Of a DNA stretch of 64,000 nt, positions 30,906 to 42,295 are shown one piece after another. The first letter of the stretch is position 1; every line of letters starts with the position of its first letter. The DNA is taken from positions 1,701,601 through 1,765,600 of the forward strand of contig OY839116.1 in the NCBI GenBank assembly GCA_963692775.1, in the 5' to 3' direction. The translations under genes were made by a program, and so were the position numbers. Under the pieces are notes generated by a model. It ran no database searches and was not told the origin of the DNA. It was given only the letters and a program-made list of their open reading frames with translations. Origin of the DNA: Dehalococcoidia bacterium (GTDB lineage Bacteria; Chloroflexota; Dehalococcoidia; UBA2979).

Positions 30906-32263
30906 GACGCCCCCTCCGTCCCGGCCTCTTGGGCGTCTTCGAGCAGGTAGGGCTCGAGCGGCTCGCTCGGCGGCCAGAGCCAGCCGTCGTCGTAGCCGGC
31001 GCGCAGCTCCGCCTCGCTGAGGCCGAGCATGCCGCACAGCACTTCGCGGTTGTGCTCGCCGGCGAAGGGCGCGATGCGCCGCGCCGTGGTCTCGTTCACG
31101 GCGGACTGCCACGGCAGGTTCTGGTAGCCCCGCTCGCCCAGCACCGGGTGCGGGTGGTGCGAGAAGAGGCCGCGCTCGCGGAGCTGCGGGTCGTGCTCGA
31201 CGCGATTCTCGTTGCTCTGCACGGGCATCGCCGGGACGCCCGCCGCCTGGCAGCGCTCGGCCAGCTCGTACTTGCCGAGCGTCAGCGTCCACGCCTCGAT
31301 CCGCTCGTCGAGCTCCTCCTGGTGCTCAAGCCGGCCCTCGAGGCTGTCGAAGCGCGCCTCGGCGGCCCACTGCGGCGAACCCATCACGCCCTGCAATGCC
31401 TGCCAGTCGGCGTCATCGCGGCAGACGATGGCGCACCAGTCGTTGTAGCCGCCGCCCGCCGTGCGGTAGGCGTTGTGCGGGGCGGCGATGGCGCCGCGGT
31501 AGTTGTGCAGCAGCGGCGCGCCGGGCCAGTGCGCGCGGTTGCCGGGCGGGAAGCCCTCGCGGCGCGCGGGCCGCCCGTTCACCGTCGCATCGAGGATCGC
31601 CGAGCCCGCGAGGCCGATGCCGAGCCCGGCCTGCGAGACGTCGATGTGCTGACCGCGACCGGTGCGTTTGCGCTGCCGCAGCGCGCTGAGGATCGCGATC
31701 GCGCCGAAGATGCCTCCCGTGTCGTCGAGGTAGGACCAGCCCCAGCCCGCGGGCGGGCGGTCCGGCAGTCCGGAGAGGAACGTCAGCCCGGAGAGCGCCT
31801 GCGCGCTCGGCCCGAAGGTGCGGTAGGGGTGATCGCGGCCGCTGTGGCCGAGGCCGGACATCGAGACGTAGACGAGGCCGGGGTTCAGCTCGCGCATTTG
31901 CTCGTAGCCGAGGCCCCAGCGCTGCATCACGCGCGAGGTGAAGTTCTCCAGCACCGCGTCGGAGGCGGCGAGCAGGCGCCTCAACAGCTCGCGCGCGCGC
32001 TCGTCGCGCAGGTTCAGCGTGACGCTGCGCTTGTCCATGTGTTTCTCGACGAACCAGTGATTGCCCTCCAGGCCCGGTACGGCGTCCTCCGGCATCCCGA
32101 CGGTGGTGAAGCGGTCCTGGTGGTGGACCGTCCCGCGCTGCGGCCACTCCACCTTGATCACGTCCGCGCCGAGCGTCGCGAGGATGCGCGTCGCCCACGG
32201 CCCGGCGCGCACCCAGCTGAGGTCGACGACGCGGATGCCCTCGAGCGCGAGCCGCTTCGTCAT
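30902..32263 (-). CDS. Class III CoA-transferase subunit (BbsF-like)
   Basis: LEGIRVVDLS..RAGP, LGADVIKVE, ENF, SYLD, GRGQHIDVS. Confidence 0.92.
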   Translation of the reverse strand: MTKRLALEGIRVVDLSWVRAGPWATRILATLGADVIKVEWPQRGTVHHQDRFTTVGMPEDAVPGLEGNHWFVEKHMDKRSVTLNLRDERARELLRRLLAASDAVLENFTSRVMQRWGLGYEQMRELNPGLVYVSMSGLGHSGRDHPYRTFGPSAQALSGLTFLSGLPDRPPAGWGWSYLDDTGGIFGAIAILSALRQRKRTGRGQHIDVSQAGLGIGLAGSAILDATVNGRPARREGFPPGNRAHWPGAPLLHNYRGAIAAPHNAYRTAGGGYNDWCAIVCRDDADWQALQGVMGSPQWAAEARFDSLEGRLEHQEELDERIEAWTLTLGKYELAERCQAAGVPAMPVQSNENRVEHDPQLRERGLFSHHPHPVLGERGYQNLPWQSAVNETTARRIAPFAGEHNREVLCGMLGLSEAELRAGYDDGWLWPPSEPLEPYLLEDAQEAGTEGAS

Positions 32264-32775
32264 GCCGTCGCCTCCGATCGCGCCAGCTCCGCGTCGAGCC
32301 GCCACACCGTAGCGCCCTGGGGTGTTTCAAGGGCGCGCCAGGCCGGGACGGTGTAGGCGCCGTCTGGCGCCTCCTCCCACGCGACCTCGACGGCGACGCC
32401 CACGCCGGCCGCGTCCTCGCCGTCGAGCAGCAGGCCGGCGAGGCGCACGGGCTCGCCGTCCTCGTTCGCGCAGTCCGGCAGCTCGACGAGGGCGACGACG
32501 TAGGGGGCGGCGGGGCGGAAGGCGGGCAGCACGGAGTGCGCGACGACCACGTAGCTGGCGATCACGCCCCGGCCCTCGGCCTCGCGCCATTCGAGGTCGA
32601 AGGAGCGGCAGCGCGGACAGAGCGGCGCGGGCGGGTACCAGCGCCGGCCGCACTCGGCGCAGGCGCGCACGACGAGACGGTGCTCGCGGGCCGCCGCCCA
32701 GAACCCTTCCGAGTCCGGGTCTGGCTGCAACGCGATCAGCGAGTAGTCGACGGCTCCCTGCATCTCGCTCCCCAT
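32260..32775 (-). CDS. DUF35/ChsH2-like Zn-ribbon OB-fold protein
   Basis: FWAAAREHRL...CAECG..YPP...CPRC...G.G...SY. Confidence 0.9.
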   Translation of the reverse strand: MGSEMQGAVDYSLIALQPDPDSEGFWAAAREHRLVVRACAECGRRWYPPAPLCPRCRSFDLEWREAEGRGVIASYVVVAHSVLPAFRPAAPYVVALVELPDCANEDGEPVRLAGLLLDGEDAAGVGVAVEVAWEEAPDGAYTVPAWRALETPQGATVWRLDAELARSEATA

Positions 32776-32791
32776 CCTGTCCTGACCGTCC

Positions 32792-34099
32792 CTAGCGCCG
32801 CAGCACCGCGGTCCAGCCCTGTTGCGCGCCGCCGCCGCCCGCACAGAAGGCGACGGCAGGCGGGCTTGGGTGCTCGACCGGCTCGCCGCGCGCGCGGCGG
32901 CGGCGATCCTCGCGCGCGAGGGCTTGGCGGCAGCCCCGCGCGCGATCGTACGTGTGCTCGCCCTGCCGCCAGCCCTCGCAGAGGTCGTCGGTGCGGCCGC
33001 GCAGCTGGCGCGCGCTCTCGATCAGGTAGCCGATGCCGTGCGCGTAGCCCTCGGAGAGCTGGCCGCCGTTGGTGTTCTGCGGCAACTCGCCGTCGAGGTG
33101 GATGCGCCCGCCTCCGACGAAGTCGCCGCCCTCGCCCTCGCCGCAGAAGCCGAAGGCTTCGAGGTACATCATCGGCGTGGTCGTGAAGTTGTCGTACATC
33201 GTGACGATGTCGACGTCCTCGGGGCCGATGCCGGCGCTGCTGAAGGAGCGCTCGCGCACGAACGCGCCCCAGCCCTCGGTCATGTCGGGGCGGCCCCAGG
33301 TCCAGCTCGGATTGTGCGTCGAGGCGCGCGCAGAGCCGCCCATGATGTAGACCGGCGGCTGCGCGAGGTCGGCCGCGCGCTCCGCCGAGGTGACGATCAG
33401 CGCCCCCGCCACGTCGTTCTCCTGGCAGCAGTCGAGCAGCCGGAACGGCTTGGCGATCCAGCGCGAGTTCTGGTGGTCGTCGATGCTGATCGCCTCGCGG
33501 CGCGTCGCCTTCGGGTTGAGCGTCGCCGCGAAGCGCTGCGTCACCGCGAGGTCGGCCATGTGCAGCGTGTTGTAGCCGTAGCGCTGGAGGTAGGACATCG
33601 CCTCGAAGGCGTAGATCGTCGGCGCGCCGCGGATGCCGAACGGGACCTGGTACTGCCCGCGCCCGGCCGCGGCGACCGGCTGCGGCCTCGGCGCCTCGCC
33701 GCCGCGCGTCGCGGCGCCGCCGCCCATGCGCAGCCCGGAGCGCCCGTTCATCGAGCGCCAGACCGCCACCGTCTCGCAGTAGCCCGCCTCGATCAGCGCG
33801 ATCGACTGCGCGACGAGCTGGCCGATGCTGTTGCCGCCCCCGAGGATGTCGACGCCCATGTTGGTGCGGATGCCGAGCGCCGAGGCGACCTCGGCGTTGC
33901 CGCAGGAGTCGCCCGCCGTCGCCTGGTGGCTGGCCAGCCCGTCGATCTCATCGACGGCGATGCCGGCGTCGGCTGCGGCGGTGACGATCGCCTCGCAGGC
34001 CATCGAGAGCGTCGTGCGGCCGGACCAGCGGGAGTACTCCGTCTCGCCGACGCCGACGATGCAGTAGCGGTCGCGCAGGCCGGACCCGGATCGCGCCAC
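32792..34099 (-). CDS. Thiolase-like (SCP-x/Ltp2-type) protein
   Basis: IVGVGET, PFRLLDCCQEND, YDNF, NTNGGQLSEGY.HG. Confidence 0.9.
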   Translation of the reverse strand: MARSGSGLRDRYCIVGVGETEYSRWSGRTTLSMACEAIVTAAADAGIAVDEIDGLASHQATAGDSCGNAEVASALGIRTNMGVDILGGGNSIGQLVAQSIALIEAGYCETVAVWRSMNGRSGLRMGGGAATRGGEAPRPQPVAAAGRGQYQVPFGIRGAPTIYAFEAMSYLQRYGYNTLHMADLAVTQRFAATLNPKATRREAISIDDHQNSRWIAKPFRLLDCCQENDVAGALIVTSAERAADLAQPPVYIMGGSARASTHNPSWTWGRPDMTEGWGAFVRERSFSSAGIGPEDVDIVTMYDNFTTTPMMYLEAFGFCGEGEGGDFVGGGRIHLDGELPQNTNGGQLSEGYAHGIGYLIESARQLRGRTDDLCEGWRQGEHTYDRARGCRQALAREDRRRRARGEPVEHPSPPAVAFCAGGGGAQQGWTAVLRR

Positions 34100-34130
34100 C
34101 GCCGCTGCCCTTCCCCGTGCCCCGAGGGCG

Positions 34131-34988
34131 CTACGGCGCGTCCGCGCTCCCGGCGACCGCGAGCGGGAGCACCTCGTTCAGCGAGCCGGAACGGAAGCCC
34201 TCGAGGTCCACGGCCACGTAGGCGAAGCCCGCGCTCTTCACGGCGGCGACGATCTCCGAGCGCAGCGGCTCGGCGAGGGCGCTCGCCAGCTCCTCGGGGC
34301 CGAGCTCGACGCGGGCGACGCGGTCGTGGTGGCGGACGCGCAGCTCGCGCAGGCCGAGCTTGCGCAGCGCCAGCTCCGCCTCGGCGATCTGGCGCAGCTT
34401 CTCCGGCGTCACCTCGCTGCCGTAGGGAATGCGCGAGGCGAGGCAGGCCATCGCCGGCTTGTCCCAGGTGGGCACGCCGAGGCGCTTCGCGAGCGCGCGC
34501 ACGTCGGCCTTCGTGAAGCCCGCCTCGGCGAGCGGGCTGCGCACGCCGTGCTCGCGCGCGGCGCGGCGGCCGGGCCGGAAGTCGCCGCTGTCGTCCGCGT
34601 TCGCGCCGTCGAGCACCACGGCGTCGCCGAGGTCCTCGCGGGCCAGCGCGTCGAGCAGCGAGTACAGCTCGTCCTTGCACTCGAAGCAGCGCTCCGGCGA
34701 GTTCTCGACGTAGCCCGGCCGGTCGATCTCGTGCGTATCGATCTCGCGGTGCGCGATGCCGATCGCCGCGGCGACGCGGCGCGCCTCCTCGCGCTCGCTG
34801 GGGGCGAGCGAGGGCGAGACGCCCGTCACGGCGAGCGCGCGATCGCCCAACGCCTCGACGGCGGCGGCGGCGAGCAGGCTGGAGTCAACGCCGCCGGAGA
34901 AGGCGACGACGGCCCTCGGCAGCTCGGCGAGCAGGCGGCGCAGCTCGCCCGCCCGGGCGTCGAGGTCGCGTGTGTCCGGATCGCTCAT
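34131..34988 (-). CDS. larE: ATP-dependent sulfur transferase LarE
   Basis: AFSGGVDS PP-loop, RCFECK, DFRPG, WDKPAMACLASRIPYG, RVRHH, GFRSGSLN. Confidence 0.95.
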   Translation of the reverse strand: MSDPDTRDLDARAGELRRLLAELPRAVVAFSGGVDSSLLAAAAVEALGDRALAVTGVSPSLAPSEREEARRVAAAIGIAHREIDTHEIDRPGYVENSPERCFECKDELYSLLDALAREDLGDAVVLDGANADDSGDFRPGRRAAREHGVRSPLAEAGFTKADVRALAKRLGVPTWDKPAMACLASRIPYGSEVTPEKLRQIAEAELALRKLGLRELRVRHHDRVARVELGPEELASALAEPLRSEIVAAVKSAGFAYVAVDLEGFRSGSLNEVLPLAVAGSADAP

Positions 34989-35103
34989 CGCTCGCCCTCG
35001 CGCAGCGGCGGTCCGCCATGGCCGCCGCCGCTGTAGTCTAGCGCAGCGGCGGCTGACCGCCCGTGACCGTGGAGTCGCGGGCGGACGCAAGCGGGGGTGC
35101 GAC

Positions 35104-35889
35104 CTGGGCGACGACGGGACTCAACTGGAGGCGCTGCTGGAGCGGGTCGCGCGGGGCGAGCTGAGCCCGAGCGACGCCGCCGAGCGGCTGCGCGTGCTGC
35201 CCGTCGAGGATATCGGCTTTGCCCGCCTCGATCACCACCGCGCGATCCGCGACGTGCTGCCGGAGGTCGTGCTCGCCGAAGGCAAGACCGCGCAACAGGC
35301 CGTCGCCGCGGGCTGCGCGATCCTCGAGCGCGCCGGCTGCCTGCTCGTCACCCGCGCCTCCGAGGAGATTGCGCAGGCCCTCGAGGCCGCGATCCCGGAC
35401 CTGCGCCGCCATCCGCCCTCGACGACGCTGAGCGTGGACCGCCGCCCGCCGCGCACCCTCCGCAGCGGTGTCGTGATCGCCAGCGGCGGCACCGCCGACC
35501 TCCCCGTCGTCGAGGAGGCGGCGGCGACCTGCGCGCTGATGGGCCACGAGGCGTCGCGGATGGTTGATGTCGGCGTGGCCGGCATCCACCGCGTGCTCGC
35601 GGAGACGGAGGCGCTGCGCGAGGCGAACGTGATCGTCGTCGTCGCGGGCATGGACGGCGCGCTGCCGAGCGTCGTCGCCGGCCTCACCGCCGCGCCCGTG
35701 ATCGCCGTGCCGACGAGCAACGGCTACGGCGCGGCCTTCGAGGGCCTCGCGCCGCTGCTGACGATGCTCAACGCCTGCGCGACCGGCGTCTCCGTGGTGA
35801 ACATCGACAACGGCTTCGGCGCGGGCTACATCGCCGCGCTGATCAACGAGCAGGCGTGGTCCGGGCCGCCGGACCGCGACGCCGGGTAG
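35104..35889 (+). CDS. larB: NPN cofactor biosynthesis carboxylase/hydrolase LarB (start uncertain)
   Basis: FARLDHHR, GTADLPV.EEA, DVGVAGIHR, AGMDGALPSV, VVNIDNGFGA. Confidence 0.95.
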   Translation: MGDDGTQLEALLERVARGELSPSDAAERLRVLPVEDIGFARLDHHRAIRDVLPEVVLAEGKTAQQAVAAGCAILERAGCLLVTRASEEIAQALEAAIPDLRRHPPSTTLSVDRRPPRTLRSGVVIASGGTADLPVVEEAAATCALMGHEASRMVDVGVAGIHRVLAETEALREANVIVVVAGMDGALPSVVAGLTAAPVIAVPTSNGYGAAFEGLAPLLTMLNACATGVSVVNIDNGFGAGYIAALINEQAWSGPPDRDAG

Positions 35890-35902
35890 CGGGCGCACGG
35901 CG

Positions 35903-37090
35903 ATGCGGGTCGCGTACGTCGATGCGCGCTTCGGGGCGGCGGGTGACATGCTGCTCGGCGCCGCCCTCGACGCGGGCGCGGACATCGAGGCCGTGCGCGA
36001 GGCGCTGGGCGCCCTGCCGGTCGAGGGCTGGTCGCTCGACGCGCACGCCGTGCGCCGCGCGGGCTTCGCCGCCACGAAGGCCGACGTCACGGTCGAGACG
36101 CCGCAGCCGCCGCGGACCGCGAGCGAGATCGTCACAATGATCGACGCCGCCGCGCTTCCCCCGCGCGTGCGCGAGCGCGCCGTCGCTACCTTCGAACTGC
36201 TCGGCAGCGCCGAGCGTGCCGTCCACGGCACGCCCGAGGGCGAGGACGCGCACCTGCACGAGGTCGGCGGCGTCGACGCGATCGTGGACGTGGTCGGGAC
36301 GTTCGCCGCCCTCGAGACGCTCGGCGTCGAGCGGATCTGCGCGAGCGGGCTGCCCGCGGGCGGGGGCACGGCGCGGGCGGCGCACGGGTGCCTGCCGGTG
36401 CCCGCGCCGGCCGTGCTGGAGATGGCCGCGCGCAGCGGCGCGACGCTGCTGGAGGCGCAACCGGGCGAGCCGCCCTCGGAGCTGGTCACGCCGACGGCGA
36501 TGGCGATCCTCGGCGCGGTCGCGGAGTTCGAGCGGCCCGCGCTGCGTCTCGAGCGCATCGGCATCGGCGCCGGGACTCGCGACCCCGAGGGCTGGCCGAA
36601 CGTCGTGCGCCTCTGGATCGGCGAGGCCGAGGAGCGCGCGACAGGCCTGCGCCCGATCGCGCTGCTGGAGACGAACGTCGACGACATGCCGGGCGAGCAC
36701 CTGCCCTTCCTCGAGGCGCGGCTGCGCGAGGCGGGCGCGCTCGACGTCTGGTGGACGGCGGTGCAGATGAAGAAGGGTCGGCCGGGCCTGCAAATCACGG
36801 CGGTCGCCGCCCGCGAGGACGCCGACGCGGTCGCCGCCTCGCTGCTGGAGCACTCGCCGACGCTCGGGGTGCGCGCAACGGAGCTGCTGCGTTACGAGGC
36901 GGAGCGCGAGGTCTTCGAGTTCGAGAGTTCGCTCGGCCCGGCGGCGGTGAAGGTCAAGCGCCTGCCCGGCGAGCCGCCGCGCGCCGCCCCGGAGTACGAG
37001 CACGCGCGCGCCCTCGCCGAGCGCGGCGGCCTGCCAATCGCCGAGGTCTACGCGCTGCTGACGCGCGAGGCCCTCGCGCTGCTGGAGTAG
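35903..37090 (+). CDS. larC: Nickel insertase LarC
   Basis: GAAGDMLLGA, HLHEVG..DAIVD, PVPAPA, ELVTPT, ETNVDD, MKKGRPG, PEYE. Confidence 0.95.
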   Translation: MRVAYVDARFGAAGDMLLGAALDAGADIEAVREALGALPVEGWSLDAHAVRRAGFAATKADVTVETPQPPRTASEIVTMIDAAALPPRVRERAVATFELLGSAERAVHGTPEGEDAHLHEVGGVDAIVDVVGTFAALETLGVERICASGLPAGGGTARAAHGCLPVPAPAVLEMAARSGATLLEAQPGEPPSELVTPTAMAILGAVAEFERPALRLERIGIGAGTRDPEGWPNVVRLWIGEAEERATGLRPIALLETNVDDMPGEHLPFLEARLREAGALDVWWTAVQMKKGRPGLQITAVAAREDADAVAASLLEHSPTLGVRATELLRYEAEREVFEFESSLGPAAVKVKRLPGEPPRAAPEYEHARALAERGGLPIAEVYALLTREALALLE

Positions 37091-37098
37091 GGCGGGCG

Positions 37099-38130
37099 AT
37101 GGCGCGGGAGCCGCTCGGGGTGGTGCTCACGGCGGGGCTGGGGACGCGGCTGCGGCCGATCACGCCACACACGCCGAAGCCGCTCGTCCCGCTGCTCAAC
37201 CGGCCGCTCATCGGCTACGCCCTCGACCTGCTCGCCTCGCTCGGCCTGCGCGAGATCGCCGTCGTCGTCGGACCCGAGGACGCGACGACCGCCGAGGTCG
37301 CGCGGACGCACGCGCCGCCCGGCGTCACGGTCTCCGAGGCCGTGCAGCACGAGCCGAACGGACCCGGCGACGCCGTCGCCTCGGTCGGCGACGCGCTCGA
37401 GGACCGCACGGTCGCCGTGCTCGCGGTCGATACGGTGCTGAGCGGGGCCGACCCGGCGCTGCTGCGGCGCTTCGAGGAGTCGGACGCGACCGCCGGGTTG
37501 CTACTCCAGGCCGTCGAGGATCCGCGCGCCTTTGGCGTCGCGCTGCTCGAGGGCGATCGGATCGTGGACCTCGAGGAGAAGCCGGAGCAGCCGCGCTCGA
37601 ACCTCGCGCTGGTGGGGCTCTGGCTGCTCGCGCCGGAGGCCGTCGAGCGGGTGCGCACCAACCCCTTCATCAACGCGAAGGGCGAGTCCGACCTCACGGC
37701 GACGGTCGCGGTGCTGCTCGAGGAGGGCCGCGACCTGCGCGGCTGGACGCTCGACGGCGAGTGGCTCGACGGCGGCACGCTGGAGGGACTGCTGCACGCC
37801 CAGTCGCGCCTCCTCCCGGACATCGAGGGTAGCGACGCCTCGGCCCTCGCCGGCGCGGGCAACGAGGTCGCCGGTGCGGTCGTCGTTGCCGAGGGCGCGC
37901 GCGTGCGCGAATCGCGGATCGCCGGCCCGGCGCTGATCGGCGCTGGCGCGACTGTCGAGGGCTGCCGCCTCTCGGAGACGGTCGTCGGCGCGAACGCCGT
38001 GATCGAGGACGCCGAGCTGACGCGCGCCCTCGTCGAGCCGGGCGCGCGCCTCAGCGGCGGCAGCTATGCCGACGTGGTGGTGACCGCGGCTGGCGAGGTG
38101 GCCGGGCCGGCGAGCCCCCTCACCGTGTGA
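37099..38130 (+). CDS. Sugar-phosphate nucleotidyltransferase with C-terminal left-handed beta-helix
   Basis: AGLGTRLRPIT..PKPL, FGV, EEKP, WLDGG. Confidence 0.88.
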   Translation: MAREPLGVVLTAGLGTRLRPITPHTPKPLVPLLNRPLIGYALDLLASLGLREIAVVVGPEDATTAEVARTHAPPGVTVSEAVQHEPNGPGDAVASVGDALEDRTVAVLAVDTVLSGADPALLRRFEESDATAGLLLQAVEDPRAFGVALLEGDRIVDLEEKPEQPRSNLALVGLWLLAPEAVERVRTNPFINAKGESDLTATVAVLLEEGRDLRGWTLDGEWLDGGTLEGLLHAQSRLLPDIEGSDASALAGAGNEVAGAVVVAEGARVRESRIAGPALIGAGATVEGCRLSETVVGANAVIEDAELTRALVEPGARLSGGSYADVVVTAAGEVAGPASPLTV

Positions 38131-38165
38131 GAGGGCGCAACGGCGTCCGGTGCTAGACTCGCTGC

Positions 38166-39611
38166 ATGGCGAAAGAGGCGCTGATCCGCGAGCTGCAGGA
38201 CGCCCTCGGCGAGGCGCACGTGCTGCACCTGCCCGAGGATCTGATCGGCTACGAGTACGACGCGACGATCGAGCGCGCGCGGCCGGACGCCGTCGTGCTG
38301 CCCGGCAGCGCCGAGGAGGTCGCGGCGGCGGTCGAGATCGCGAGCCGGCACCGCGTGCCGGTCGTGCCTCGAGGCTCCGGGACGGGGCTGGCGGGCGGCG
38401 CCGTGCCGGTCCTCGGCGGCGTGGCGCTCGTGCTGACGCGCATGAACCGCATCCTCGAGCTGGACCCGGTCAACCGCGTCGCCGTGCTCGAGCCGGGGGT
38501 GATCAACCTCGACTTGCAGGACCGCTGCGCCGAGCACGGGCTGCGCTATGCGCCCGACCCCTCCTCGCAGCGCATCTGCACGATCGGCGGGAACGTCGGG
38601 ACGAACGCCGGCGGGCCGCACACGCTCGCGCACGGCAGCACGGTCAACCACGTGCTCGGCATCGAGGTGGTCCTGCCGGACGGGCGGCTGACCTGGCTCG
38701 GCGGGCGGCAGCCGGACGCGCCGGGGCCGGACCTGCGCGGCGTCCTCTGCGGCTCCGAGGGCACGCTCGGCATCGTCACCAAGGTCTGCGTCGCGCTCGT
38801 CAGCCTGCCGCCCGACGTGCGCACGATGCTCGCGATCTTCGACAGCATCGACGACGCCTCGGAGGCGGTCTCGGCGGTGATCCGCGGCGGCGTGCTGCCC
38901 GTGGCGATGGAGATGCTGGACCAGGCGATCATCCGCATCGTCGAGCCGCAGATGCACGTCGGCTACCCGCTCGACGCCGGCGCGGTGCTGCTGATCGAGG
39001 TCGAGGGCGTCCCGGAGTCGGTCGCCGCCGACGTCGAGCGCGTCGAGGCGGCGTGCCGCGGCGCTGGCGCGCGCGAGATCCGCGTCGCCGAGTCGGAGCA
39101 GGAGCGGGCGCGGCTTTGGGAGGGGCGCAAGGGCGGGATCGGCGCGATCGGCGCCAGCTCGCCGAACTTCTACATCCTCGACGGCGTCGTGCCGCGCACG
39201 AAGCTGCCGGAGGTGATGGCGGCGGTGAACGGGCTGGCCGACGAGTACGGCTTCCGCTGCGCCAACATCTTCCACGCCGGCGACGGCAACCTGCACCCCA
39301 ACATCATGTTCGACGAGCTCGACGAGGGCGCGACGGAGCGCGTGCTCGACCTCGGCGGCGAGATCATGCGCGTCTGCGTCGAGGCCGGCGGCTCGATCAC
39401 CGGCGAGCACGGCATCGGCTTCGAGAAGCGCTCCTACATGGAGTGGATCTTCGCCCCGCAGGACCTCGAGGCGATGGAGCGCCTGCGCGTCGCGTTCGGC
39501 ACGGGCGACACCTTCAACCCCTGCAAGGTGATGCCCTCCGGGCACGGCTGCGCCTCCGGGCACGCCGCCGAGCTGCGCCAGCACATCGCGACGCCCGGCG
39601 TCTACATCTAG
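38166..39611 (+). CDS. glcD: Glycolate/lactate oxidase FAD subunit
   Basis: PDPSS...CTIGGN, GSEGTLG, HAGDGNLH, GEHGIG. Confidence 0.92.
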   Translation: MAKEALIRELQDALGEAHVLHLPEDLIGYEYDATIERARPDAVVLPGSAEEVAAAVEIASRHRVPVVPRGSGTGLAGGAVPVLGGVALVLTRMNRILELDPVNRVAVLEPGVINLDLQDRCAEHGLRYAPDPSSQRICTIGGNVGTNAGGPHTLAHGSTVNHVLGIEVVLPDGRLTWLGGRQPDAPGPDLRGVLCGSEGTLGIVTKVCVALVSLPPDVRTMLAIFDSIDDASEAVSAVIRGGVLPVAMEMLDQAIIRIVEPQMHVGYPLDAGAVLLIEVEGVPESVAADVERVEAACRGAGAREIRVAESEQERARLWEGRKGGIGAIGASSPNFYILDGVVPRTKLPEVMAAVNGLADEYGFRCANIFHAGDGNLHPNIMFDELDEGATERVLDLGGEIMRVCVEAGGSITGEHGIGFEKRSYMEWIFAPQDLEAMERLRVAFGTGDTFNPCKVMPSGHGCASGHAAELRQHIATPGVYI

Positions 39612-39621
39612 GCCGCGCGCC

Positions 39622-40844
39622 ATGAGCAACGAGGCAGCGCCGGACCCGGCGGCGTACGCGATCGACGGCGTGACGCCCGACCGCGCCTGGCGGCCCGGCA
39701 GCGCCGGGGAGGTCGCGGAGCTGCTCGCCTCGGCCGCCGCCGAGGGGCAGGTGGTCGCGCCGCAGGGCGGGCGCACGGCGCTCGCGCTCGGCCGTCCGCT
39801 CGAGCGCTACGACGTGGCGCTGGACCTCACTGGCCTCGATAGCACGGTCGCCTACGAGCCGGACGACCTGACCGTGACCGTCGGCGCGGGGATGAGTCTG
39901 CGCGCGTTGCAGTCGATGCTCGCCGAGTACGGCCAGTACCTTCCGATCGACCCGCCGCCCGACGGCAGCGTCTCGATCGGCGGGCTGCTGGCGACAGCGC
40001 GGCCGGGCGCCTGGCGCGGGCAACTGCCCGCGGCGCGCGACCTGCTGCTCGGCGCGACGGTCGCGACGCCCTCGGGCGAGCTCGTGACCACGGGCGGGCG
40101 CGTCGTCAAGAACGTCAGCGGCTACGACCTGCACCGCCTGCACACCGGCGCGCTCGGCGTCTTCGGCGTGATCGTCGAGGCCTCGTTCAAGCTCGCCACG
40201 CTGCCCCCCGGCACGCGCTCGCTGGCCGTGCCGCGCGAGAGCGCCGAGGAAGCCGCCGCGCTCGCCTTCGAGCTGCGCGAGCTGGCGCTGCCGCTGCGCG
40301 CGCTCTCCGTGCTCTCGCCTCAGGCGTCCGCCGTCGCCGGCCTCGACGAGCGCCCGCACGTGCTGATCGAGGCGATGGGCGACGAGGCGACGCTCGACCG
40401 CTGCGCGGCGGCGATCGACGAGCGGGCCGAGGGCGCGGCGAGCGAGCCGCCCGCCGGGGCGTGGGACCGCCTGCGCGTCCTCGCGGGCAGCGACCAGGGC
40501 GTCGTGCTGCGCCTCGGCGTCCCGGCGAGCGAGCTTGCCGCGACGCTGGACGCGATCGAGGACGGCGCGGGCGCTTCCGGGGGCACGGGAGGCCTCGTGG
40601 CCTGGGGACACCTCACGGCGGGCAGCGTGATCGCGGGGGGCGCGGCCGTCGAGGCCGCGGACGTGCTCGCGCTGCGCGCCCGCGCCGAGCAGCGCGGCGG
40701 CTTCCTGCATATCGAGGCCGGCCCGCCCGAGCTGCGCGCGCAGGCCGACCCCTTCGGCGAGGCCGAGCGCACGCTGGTGCGCGCGCTGCGGCGTCAGTTC
40801 GATCCGGGGCGTACCATCAACCGCGGACGCTGGGAGGCGGAATC

Positions 40845-40848
<4 letters not shown>
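39622..40848 (+). CDS. glcE: Glycolate oxidase FAD-binding subunit
   Basis: YEPDDLTVTV, GGRVVKNVSGYDL, FDP...N.GR. Confidence 0.92.
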
Positions 40849-42161
<1,313 letters not shown>

Positions 42162-42295
42162 CCGAGTCTCTCAGATCTGACTGCTCCCGACTCTGTCACG
42201 TCCTCGACATATATGGTGACACGTCATATTATCTATGCGGACACGTCAGCGCTTCTTGGACCTTTACGGGCAGCGAGCGTGCGAAGGAGGTTCTC

